A stretch of 58,554 bases of DNA, taken from contig JAHBMJ010000045.1 in the NCBI GenBank assembly GCA_018398765.1, positions 1 through 58,554 on the forward strand, in the 5' to 3' direction. Each line of letters opens with the position of its first letter. Position 1 is the stretch's first letter. Of this stretch, positions 40,240 to 51,054 are shown piece after piece. The position numbers and the translations under genes were made by a program. Below the pieces are notes generated by a model. The model had not been told where the DNA came from. It ran no database searches and worked only from the letters and a program-made list of their open reading frames with translations. The DNA comes from Chromera velia (lineage: Eukaryota).

Positions 40240-43200
40240 GAGTATCCCTTCAATGACGCGAAGATCTTGATCCAGAAGATCAAATTGACGCACTCGAATG
40301 GCGCGATGGAAAGGGCGAAGAGAGAGGCTGCGAAGGGGATGAAATACACCTCATCTGACAAAGACCCGCTTCTCGCCCTTGTGGGTATGAATGAGAACAC
40401 CAGGGACATACAGGTTGGTGAACCGTCCACAGAGTTTTCTCTTACTCCGTTTTCCCATCGTTTCCTTCCTGTCTGTCTGTTCTTGGCCGTCACTTCGGTG
40501 CTCTCCTCTCCCAAAGGTCTCTGCGGGGTCAGAATTTATTGGCAGACATATGCAAACATGTTTTTTTTTCTTATTTGCTCTGTTGTAGGAGTTTTTTATG
40601 TTCAGTCAGTCTCTGAATTATTCTCTTTTTGGTGCAGCTGAAGATCATCGAGTCAATGGGGCAGGAGATGAATTCGCTGCTCGAAGAAGGAAGGTGGTTT
40701 TCGGCGACTGAAGTACTGGCTGCTAAGCATGCAGCGAATGTGCATTGTGCCGCAGCATTCGCGAAGGAGATCAAACCTTTGTACAAGGACTACGATGAGT
40801 ACAGCGAAATCGACTTTTTCAATGCGGGGCTCGAAAAACTGTCAGTCCACAAACAATGCAGGCTCCAGTCGCTCTGCTCGGTGGAGCAACGATGTTCTCT
40901 TTCCTTTCTACTGAAATGAGTCGTGTGACCTTAGACAATTCTGATCCATTTTACTCCTGTCTGCTTATTGGTCTTACGAAGGGTCTTTTAACGTTTTTAA
41001 TTTCAGACAAGGTTGGATCTTCTGTCTTTTCTTGCTGCAGGAATCTGGCCGCCGTCAAGGCGGCTATCACTACAAAGATGGCAGCTACCAGAAGCAGCTC
41101 GAGAACGTTTTCCCAATACTTGTTTGCCGAGATAGTGAAGAAGGTCGTAAAGGACAAGTATGAGAGGATTCTGGAAAGAGAGAAGAGGGAGGAGCAGGAG
41201 AAAGCTGCCAGGGTGGCAGAGCAGCAGAGGGAGAGACTGGTGGAGCTTGACAAGAAAAAGGCAGACTTTCTGTCGCATGATGAGAAGGAAAGGGAGGAGC
41301 TCTCGAAACACCATCAGGAAGACAGCGCTTCGTCAGTCAAGTTTAAAGTGGAGTAGCCTTTTGCATTCCCACATATTTGTCTATGCGGTTTCTTTCCTTT
41401 TCTCTCTTCTGCTCATTTCCGCCCCCCCCCTTTGCGCCCCTCCCTCTTTCACTTTCCCATTTTTCTGTTGTAATGCCATCATTCTGCTGTTCAACGCCTG
41501 TACTCTCAAACATAGCCAGAAGCGGGAGTAAGGGAAAAAGGTAAAGAGCTGTCGATTTGTACTTCAATCCTCCAGTGAATCAGTCACTTAATGAGTCAGA
41601 GTGAAGAAGGGAAGTCTATGAGAATGCGGCTCCTTTGTATCCCTCCCAGACTGTTGCAGCATCGATCAGCATGAGCCTCAGGGCGGACAGCCATCTGAAG
41701 ACAAAGAAGAGCCGGAGAACTCTGCTCCACAGCTGGAGGATCTGCAGAGCGTGTTGGCGGACTTCTTTATCAAGCCTGACTCTACGGACTCCTTCTGGGA
41801 GGCGGGGGGGGAACAAACAGGAGGAATGATCATACGAACGTCCACCCTGGAGGACATCACAGGAGACGATATCAAAAGCATGGCCGTTCGTTGTGGAGGC
41901 GTGACGGTAGTCATTACGCACCCTATCCAGGCAGACCTGGGCATTCTGGTTGCGGCAGTCAGGAAGAGGTTAGAAGGGGTTGCAACAGTCAAGACGGATA
42001 GTGCCCTGTACCTGATGGATTTGACCATGACGACACACTCGGGTGCTTAGGCACCGTCAGGATCCCGTCTTAACCGGTCGGAGCTGAAAGAAATCTCCTT
42101 GGTACGTGTGTTTTTTCAGCATCAGCTTTCCGGCGCTCACTTGAACTCTGAGTCACTTGTTGATAAATCCTGCTGATCGAACTGCAGATGTCTGTTTTGC
42201 TTTTTCTTGCTTTGATGCTCGCAGATCTTTGTTTGAGCCTGTGGGTTTGCTATGCATGAGCAGCTAGGAGACTGTGGTTTCATCTGCTTGACTATTCATG
42301 GGCTTTCGTGTTTGTCCCAAACTGAAATGCAGGACGGACTCCCTGATGAGTCTCCTGACTGAACCTCTAGTGCGGGATGGAGTGGGACAGGACACCATGG
42401 TCATCGCATACATCGAAGACATTTACAACAATGAGCTGGGGAAGTTCCGGTCCTTGTCCGAGCGAGTGAGAAAGAAACTCAACTTCGATCATGCAGCACT
42501 GGTCTTCGTGGACTACATGGACATACCTGATGTCGATCTCGTCGGAGACGGAGGAGCGGTCAGTCTGCCTCAGGTTGGCAAGTCTTCCTGTGTTCTGCTC
42601 TTTTTCTTTTCGATTCTTTGAGTTTGTCCGTCATGCTTCTCTGCGCTCTCTTTTCTTTCATGTCCATCTGAAATTATGTTTGTGCCTGAATGTGAATGAG
42701 CAAGACTTAGTGAGTAAGTCAGCAAGGGTGCCGGGAGGTTGGTATACGTAAAGAAGTGAGAAGAAGTGAGGTGCGATAAGTTAGTGTGTGTCCATTTCTG
42801 TGGGGCCGGGGGGGGAGAGGGAGGTGCCACGGGGTGAGTTGATGAGTTGCTGACTAAGTATATGTGTGCGTGCATACACTAATTGTGAATGAGTGTAAGC
42901 ATATTGAATTGTGTTGAGACTCTGCAGGTGCGAGTCGCGGGTGGAATGTTGGTGGCGTACAACAAGTACCCCCAGGCAGAGATCGGGGGTTTCACGGTGC
43001 GACACTTTGTAGACGGGGAGCGGCTCCAGAGAGTGGAGCTGAAGAGAGACAAATCAGGCATTTATGATGAGGTGCTGGGTCAGAACGCCTTCTATTACAA
43101 AAAGAAAGTCGAGTCATTTGAGAAGGTTGTGAGGGAAATCCTTGAACGACTGCACCGTGTGCCGATACGACAGCACCAGGCCGCCAAGAAGCACCCCTGG

Positions 43201-45633
43201 GCAGTCGCCGTCAATATAATACTCACGGCTGCACAGGTAGCCGTGCGTTTGGGCTGCCCATCTGTCCTTGCGGTGCAGACTGGAGGGGGTTTGACAGAGA
43301 ATACACTGCGTCCTTGTGGTACTGCTTTCGATCACTACATCGAAACACTCATGATGAGGGTGGGGAGTCGTACTCTTCGGCCTTCTTCGTGGAAGATTGG
43401 AAACGAAATTGAAACTACGGTTAGTCAGTTCTGACACGTTTGCCCTTCGCCAATCGGCAGTCGGCTTTCTGTTGTGTTTCTTCATTTTTTGTCTGCTTCG
43501 TATGATCAATGTGTTATGTGCAGTCCGTTGTTTTCTATTGGCTTCAATGTTTGTGTCTTTAGTCCTTGATAGAGCGTGTCTGCATTTTTTCTTATTCAGT
43601 CGCGTAAACTTACCCTCAGTCCTTCTGTCTTGGTCTTTCAAATATGCATGATTTTGAATATGCATTTGATTCGATGCAGGCAAAGAACTATACAGCGCTC
43701 AAGCGTGGCGAGGCGCTTCCTACTTCGAAGAAAAAGGGGGCCCCGAGAGGGTAGGCTCGCAAGCCGACAAAGAAGGTCACCATCGTCGTCAAGGATGATG
43801 AAGACAAAGAGGACGATGCATCTGATTCAAAAGAGGAAGAGAGAGAGGGAGAGGAAAACAAGGAGAATGAAAAGGACAAGCAGAACGGCAAAGAGAAGAG
43901 GGAGGAGAGTGCAAAAGACAAGCAGAAGGGCAAAGAGAAGGGGAAGGAGAATGAAAAGGATAAGTAGAAGAGCAAAAAGAAGAAGAAGGAGAATGAAAAG
44001 GACAAGCAGAAAGGAGAGGAGTCAGAATCAGAAAATGAGTACGGTAGTTCCTCTGACGACGATTGTGATGACCATTCTGATGACGAATCAGATTCTCGCG
44101 TCGATTCTGACGGCGATTCTCGCGACGATTCATCTGATTCAGAAGAGGATGATAGAGAGGGAGAGGAAAACAAGGAGAATGAAAAGGATAAGCAGAAGGG
44201 CAAAAAGAAGAGGAAGGGGAATGAAAAGGACAAGCAGAAGGGCAAAGAGAAGAGGAAAGATGAAAAGGACAAGCAGAAGGGCAAAGAGAAGAAGAAAGAG
44301 AATGAAAAGGACAAGCAGAAGGGCAGAGCGAAAGAAAAGAATACAGGAAAGGAAGCCAAAAGTGCCAATCCGACAAATGAGAGGGGGGCTGCGAAAACGA
44401 GAGCAAGGATGTCTTTTGCAGCCTTCGGGGGGGCGTCCACAGACGGCAACTTAAAGTCAGTCAAATTTAAGTTAGCTTGTTTCTCCATCATCGTGGGAGA
44501 GAGCAAAGTCTCCGACTCTTTGTGCACATCAACGAACCAATCTTTAATACAGCTGTCTCTCCATTATTTGCTTCTTTTTGTGTGTGTCCGTGCTCATGTT
44601 TCTTCTTTTTTTTTTTTAGTATGCATGCGGTATCTGTCTCACTCCCTCCTCAGCTTGAAGCCTTGGGCGCTCGATTTTTTTTGCAAAATAGTCCTCAAAT
44701 TGTTTTTAAATTCATTGCAGTGCGTCGAAGACAGAGACAAGTGGCTGCAAGGGAAAGAAGAACGTGAACCGCTCAGAGGCCGTCAACGCGGCTGTAGTAG
44801 AGGAAGGACTTGGCCAGCCGAACAAGAAGAAGACGGAGCAGTCTCAGGAGGCTTCAAAAAGGTCGAAGCGGAGGAAAGAGCCCGACCCCTCTGCTTCTTC
44901 CTCCTCCTCGTCGTCGTCCTCTTCCTCCTCCTCCTCCTCCTTGGGTGGGGTCGCGAGCACCTCAAAGAAGATGAAGCGAGGCCACCCCACCGAGCAGGAC
45001 GAATGTAAGTTCGTCCAGAGAGTGTTTTCTCTAGTGTCGGTAGAGCCGTTCTCTCTTTGGGATACCTTGGGTACCTGGAAACGGGGGTCTGGCAATATGA
45101 GAGGCAGCATTGGCTTCAAATGCGTTCTGGAGATTGTGAATCGAGTGCGCGCTTTCTTCTCCATGCCCACAAATGTTTTTTTCTCTGAGTGCATTGACGT
45201 TGGGGCAGGTGTCGGAGCGGTTGGAGCCCTCTTCTCATTTTTTGGGGCCAACAGGGTGCGCTGTGTTGAAAAAGAAAGCGAAACTGCACAATTGAGTCGT
45301 TCTTTTCTGCAAAGACTGCATCTGTCCGATTCAGTTCAAGTGTTGAACAAAGATGCGTGTCAAATGACCAATGATAAACTTGACGCAGACTTTCTATACA
45401 TGTATATTTCTGTTGGGGGAGCTGAAACGCCACTGGATTTGCGTATCTGTACGCTTATGAGCAGGTCTCACCATCTGCAGTGCGTCGTCTCCTTTTCATC
45501 CACATTGTAAAGAAATTTGCCGGATGAGTAGAATTTACACAAGAGAATGAAAGTCAAAATGCACATGTCTGATGAAAAAGAAACAGCACGCATTTTTGTT
45601 CGCTCCTCCTGCATGTGTGCAGAGGGGGACTGA
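40240..45633 (+). pseudogene. Second spliced transposon gene: coiled-coil, alpha/beta region, K/E/D-rich low complexity, C-terminal DOT1-like class I SAM methyltransferase
   Basis: Approximate exons: 40240-40412, 40638-40840, 41041-41348, ~41650-42101, 42333-42573, 42929-43419, 43680-44455, 44721-45633, with GT-AG borders. The last exon has IDVGAGVG, RCVEKE, VLNKDA and DFLYMY. Premature stops at 42048, 43752, 43965, 45508 and 45529. Confidence 0.7.
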
Positions 45634-45695
45634 CGTGCTCAAGGGGCCCCGGATGGGGGCATGCTCCTTTCCTCTTTTTCTTGTCTGGGGGGGGG

Positions 45696-45957
45696 NNNNN
45701 NNNNNNNNNNNNNNNNNNNNNNNNNNNNNNNNNNNNNNNNNNNNNNNNNNNNNNNNNNNNNNNNNNNNNNNNNNNNNNNNNNNNNNNNNNNNNNNNNNNN
45801 NNNNNNNNNNNNNNNNNNNNNNNNNNNNNNNNNNNNNNNNNNNNNNNNNNNNNNNNNNNNNNNNNNNNNNNNNNNNNNNNNNNNNNNNNNNNNNNNNNNN
45901 NNNNNNNNNNNNNNNNNNNNNNNNNNNNNNNNNNNNNNNNNNNNNNNNNNNNNNNNN
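45696..45957. other. Assembly gap (N run) flanked by poly-G
   Basis: N run; a second gap is at 54996-55029. Confidence 1.
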
Positions 45958-47171
45958 GGGGGGGGGGGGGGAGGGAGAGAGATCCTTCGGAGGGTGGTTC
46001 CCCCTGGCCTTCTTCCTCTGTTCTCTGTGTGGCTTCCTTTCCACCCTTTATGTGAATTTGTTTGAAGTGCAGTAAGCAAAAGAAAATGAAGAGCAAAGAA
46101 CTCGTCCAGATGAAAAGAAAGTGGAACTGCACAAGCGTAAGTCTGCACTGAGCAGAGAAGGGTCACAGAGTACGCTTAAGGCCTGGAGCTCTGGTACTCT
46201 TCCACTGAGAACGCGCCAAAAGAAAAGAAGAAAAGAGAAGAGAATGAAAGAAAGGTCCCGTCTGTATGTCTTGGCATGTCTGTAATGGGGATATGCCTGT
46301 CTGCTAGTCTGTCTGTCCATTTGTCTGTCTATCTGCATCTGTCCATCCATCATGAAGAAGAGGGAGAAGAAGAAACCATGTAGTCTGCATATCTCTTTTC
46401 CTGTTTGCCTGTCGGTCAGTTGACTTTTCGAGAGAGAGGTAGAAGAAAACAAGAAGCTCCCAAGGGAAAAAAGAAAGAAGAGGAATCTTTATGCCTCACT
46501 GACTGACAGACTTAAATTTGGATTGAATTGAATTCCTCCCTTCTTCGCCCTCCCACCTAGTCGCTTTTCCATCCATCTGTCCATCCCCCACTGTTTCATT
46601 TATTCTTTTATTATTTTCATTTATTCATACATTTGTAGCCGCAAAATATGCCAGCTCACCGCAGTGCATGCAAATGATTGTGTTAATGAATCATCGCATG
46701 AAGTTTGTATGAGTAAAGTGCAATTGAATTTCATGAACTGTGTCTCGATCCATATGAAATAAGAAGGAACACGGTTTGTCGATTAAATTTTCTATGTATT
46801 TCTTTCAATTGTTATTGTATTTCTAGTTGTATTTATATAGATTTTTTAACGAACTTATATAATGTGTTTGTTAACTTTTTAGAATAGTTTTGGGGGGGGG
46901 AATGTGTATATGTTCTTTATCATTATTATATATTTTTATTCTGAACATATTTTTTTTTACAGTAAAAAGTAAAAAAATGAGTAATAAATAGTGTTAGAGA
47001 TAGTGATAGTACGTGATAGTCTATGATTATATATCTCTAAACACTTTTTTAAACAGTTTAAAGGACTTTAGAGAAGTTTAAAATACTTTTTGAATACATA
47101 AAAATCATAAAAATATATATGATTTTTGGAGTTGGAATTTCCATCAGAGTCGGGGTGCCCCTGTTTTTTCT

Positions 47172-47217
47172 TACATACACATATTTATATACATTCACAT
47201 ACACACACATACATACG

Positions 47218-47263
<46 letters not shown>

Positions 47264-47508
47264 TTTACACACATACAGACATTTACACACACACATACAC
47301 ATATTCACACACACACACACATACACACACACATACACATACACACACACACACACTCAAACACATACTCAAATATACACACAAACATACACACACATAC
47401 ACATACATACACACATACACACACACACACACATACACATACACACACACACATACACACACATACATACACACACACATATACACATACATGCACATAC
47501 ACACATAT
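47172..47508. repeat. (CA/TA)n microsatellite abutting the right TIR
   Basis: Directly visible. Confidence 0.95.
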
Positions 47509-48470
47509 AGTCCACTGGCTTTGTCTAGATAAAGTTGGCTGCACCCAGCTGCTTCTCCGTATCCATAACATACCACTCCATAAAGCGAGAGAAGCGGTTG
47601 TAGTCCGGTTCCTCGAGGCTGGTAAGCTGGTGGATGGGACGGTAGGGGTCTAACAGATCGAGACCTCCAGGATGTCTCGGTGTTTGTATTCCCGCTGCAG
47701 CTGCTGCCAAAGGAGCAACTAGTTCCCCAGCCTACTGTATCTGTGCTTCTATCCCCTCCGCTATCATCCTTCCATTCCGGGGGGGGAGGGAGGGAGTGAA
47801 GGGATGGAAGCACGCGATGAAGTCCGGGCAAGCACAGTCGATCAATATACAACCTGCACACCGAAAAGCCACAGAAAGATACAAGAAAGTATGCTTCACC
47901 AATGCTGCTGCAGCTTGCCTATTGTGGGATAGAGGGCTGGTAAACCGGCTGTTACTTTGCAATTTTCACTTCGGAGAGGCTGGATAAGCATACATGTAAA
48001 ACCAGTGTTGACAGTCCCTGCTTGCAGTCTGCTGTCCCGATTCGGACTCTTTCCTTGCACGCACACAGCAGTAAGGCTTCCTTCCATCGTCCGAAAAAAA
48101 GATTACCTCGAGAGCCCCCCTTCCCGGAGATCGACTGACCCAGGCAGGGATGTCCGCCAGCCCACGAGTGAGTCGGAGTGACCTTGAGAAAACTAAAAAT
48201 CGAGGATGCCACTTGGAGAACCGCAGAACAGCCGAGGACCCACTCCAGCAATGGAAGGGAAGTGGAAAAGATGAAAGGACTCTGAGGAGACCAGGGGGAG
48301 CCTGAGTAGTGTGCTCCTTGGATGTTCGTATTCCTGTTCGGATTTCCGGGTAGTAACTACGGGATACACGTAGATACACCCAACTATAGTTGAGTCAGTG
48401 CCTCGGGGGGCGCGTGTATAGGTGTATGGCCACAAAAGAAATGCCGCGGAGCCATAGCGAAAAAAATGAC

Positions 48471-48543
48471 CGACCCATGCAGGAATCGAACCCGGGACCG
48501 CGTGTATACGAATAAGATATGCTACCGACTGAGCTGTACACCG
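48471..48543 (-). pseudogene. tRNA-like sequence (tRNA pseudogene or SINE head), possibly Thr(CGT)-derived
   Basis: A box cagctcagtcggta and B box ggttcgattcc at tRNA spacing, followed by a T7 run. The acceptor and anticodon stems pair poorly. Confidence 0.65.
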
Positions 48544-50205
48544 AAATGTTGCGCGGCGAAAGAGCGCCAATTTGATTATATTGTATGCGGTGGCCGATCC
48601 GGCAACCGATTATTTTGATGCATGCATATACTAAAAGCCGATTTCTCTGTCAGAATTTTGCATAACATCGATTCCTCCCCCAGGCCTGTTAAATGGGTCA
48701 GCATGTGTGTGTATTTGCCGACCCCTGACCCTGAAAAATTGGCCCCCAGTGAAAAGCAGAGTCTCACCTCTCTCATGATTCCTCCAGTGGAATCCTATGG
48801 GCCCTCCTGTACCGATCCTCTAGCCTGTCTAGAGGTCTCCTCAAACTGCTATACTCCTGAATTCCTGGCCCTCAGAGTCTCTTACTAGAGGACCACAGCA
48901 AATACATTGACCAAATGTACTCGTCTAGACCGATACAGATACTTACTTACTTACTTACTTAATTGTGGTTAAGCCTAGGGTCTCTGAAAGCAGAGACAAA
49001 TGGCAACCCATGCATACGGTTGTAAATAAAAGGAGCAAACCGCCGCAGCTTAGCCTGCTTCAGAATCTGCATGAATATGAACAACCATGACCCTCCGCAG
49101 CCTAGCCTGAAGCTAAAGGCTGAACAACCATACAAGACGCGCGTGCACTCATTTCAGACAAACTTCGATCAGTACACTTACCTTCTTTGGCTTCTGCTCC
49201 ACAATGAATGAAACGAGCTCTCTTACATATGTCTCTTCTTCCCCGATACCTCTTCCTCCAGCTGCAGTAGTCTATCTTGCTCTGCAGACCCTTTCACCAA
49301 TTTTTGTTCTCTCTTTCACTCTCTCTGCCAGCAAGTGAAGTTTGAACCTAAGCTGTTCTGTTTGCACGCATGCCAACAATCGATGCACCGCATCATCGTC
49401 GATCACCTTTTTGCTTTCAACTGCAGGACAGTGAATACAATGTTCTTCGCAGGATCCACCGTATCTCTTTCCCCCACCAGCATATGCTCGAAGGAAAGAG
49501 GTGAAGAGAGAACTACTAGACAAAAGAGAGCGAGGCAGAGCACACAATTAAACTGTATAACCCCACCCTCTTCTAACTCTCCCCCCTAAAAGCAACATGG
49601 CCAGACGCTGGTGCGATCGGTTCTCTATCTGAAAATTACTCAGTTGGAAGTTGCATGGATAGATACCACATGAACGGGTGAGCCTATGCTTGCCGACGGG
49701 TCTTGAAGTCAACCATTCCAACAACCATTTTGAGGCTTCCCTTTCCCTCGTTTTCTGTCTGAGTGTCCATTTATTTGTTCCATTTCTCCCTTTCTGGCTT
49801 TCTTTTCTCAAAAGATCTGGTGCGATTATCTGAAGCATACTACTGGCTGAATTGGCCTATACTGGGGTCAGCGATCTGTGCCATGCATCCCAGACTGCCC
49901 AAGGAACTTCTTTTTCTGTTCTTTTTGTGCTTTCTATGAAACCTCCCAACCAACAAGAAAGGATCTCTCCCATAGGACGCACACCAACCGAAACGAAAGT
50001 TGGCACCTTGAAAGAGTTATAGGGCAAACGGAATGTTCAGCGCACAAATCGAAGCTACAATGCATCAAGTACAACAACATCTCTCTGACTTACCGGCAAG
50101 GCTTCCAGCGAGTACGTTGCCTACAGTAAATGAACTTAAAGGTTTGCATCGAAGGGGCAAAGGACCTAAGGATGAACAAGTGCCTATCACTGCTCCCAAA
50201 CACTG

Positions 50206-51054
50206 TCAGCGTTCAGCACTTTCAGGTCGGTCCCTGACTGACTTTCTTGGGTCCCCTCCCTCAAACACACGACACCCAAGGTATTTATAGCTCTCTATAT
50301 GTTTAACTGTCTTCTCTTCAAAAGTCACTTCCCCTTCTATTTCCCTTCCTGAGTCTGAGAGTGCAAGAACTTTTCTTTTCTTTAAATTCACTTTTAACCC
50401 ATGTTCCTGACAATAAGAGGCCAAACGGTCCAAACGCCACTGTACGTCAGAAGAAGAGTAAGCAAAAATAACAAGATCGTCTGCGTAACCTATGCTCTCA
50501 AGCAGTAAGTCCGCCAATCTTACCTCCTCAGGGATACGGGGTAGCTGCTCCGTTGTTTCACTCTCTTCCCTTCTCTCTCCGCATTCTCCCCCCCTCTGTC
50601 TTTTATCCGTATCTGATTCTCCATCCAAACTATTATCAGCTTCCCTCCCTTCAACACTCAGAGCAGAATGAATATTATTCATAAATAAAAAAAAAAGAAG
50701 AGAAGAAAGTGGATCTCCCTGTTTTACCCCTACACTTTCAGGAAAGACCCAATCCGACCTATCCACCCTTCCCCACACATTCATATACATGGAATGAATT
50801 ATGCACACGTCCTTCTCACTGACTCCTTCCTCTCTAAGTCTGTCAATCATTTTTTTTCTGGGCACTCGATCAAATGCCTTGCTGAAGTCAACAAACGCTG
50901 CAAGGAGGGGTCTGTGTCTCTTCTTTACTGAAGCTATGAGAGCATGAAGAGCAGCTATCGCTTCCCTTATACTGACCCCCTTCCTGAAACCCACCTGTCG
51001 TTCATCTATATTCATTGTTTCCCTTAACCGACCATCCATCAACAACGTGAACAA
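50206..51054 (-). pseudogene. Reverse transcriptase domain of the LINE
   Basis: FVDFSKAFDRV, GVKQGDPLSSLLF, GYADDLVIF and YKYLG in one frame. Confidence 0.92.

Larger units (their letters stand above)
35780..47171. mobile_element. ~11.4-kb two-gene TIR DNA transposon, Sola-like transposase, inactive copy
   Basis: Imperfect ~130-bp TIRs (35780-35912 and 47039-47171). The outer 26 bp agaaaaaacaggggcaccccgactct are perfectly inverted. TA lies on both sides. It encloses a transposase pseudogene and a second gene. Confidence 0.85.

Noticed and set aside
43576..44527. Arg/Lys-rich and Phe/Ser-rich ORFs
   Set aside because: These are alternative frames or the antisense of the K/E/D-rich exon of the cargo gene.
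45560..45600. ctgatga...gaaac hammerhead-like core
   Set aside because: There is no stem II or convincing flanking helices, and the sequence is explained as coding (MSDEKET).
45535..46166. ORFs spanning X runs
   Set aside because: They are artefacts of the assembly gap.
48471..48543. Functional tRNA gene
   Set aside because: The acceptor, D and anticodon stems pair poorly; kept only as tRNA-like.
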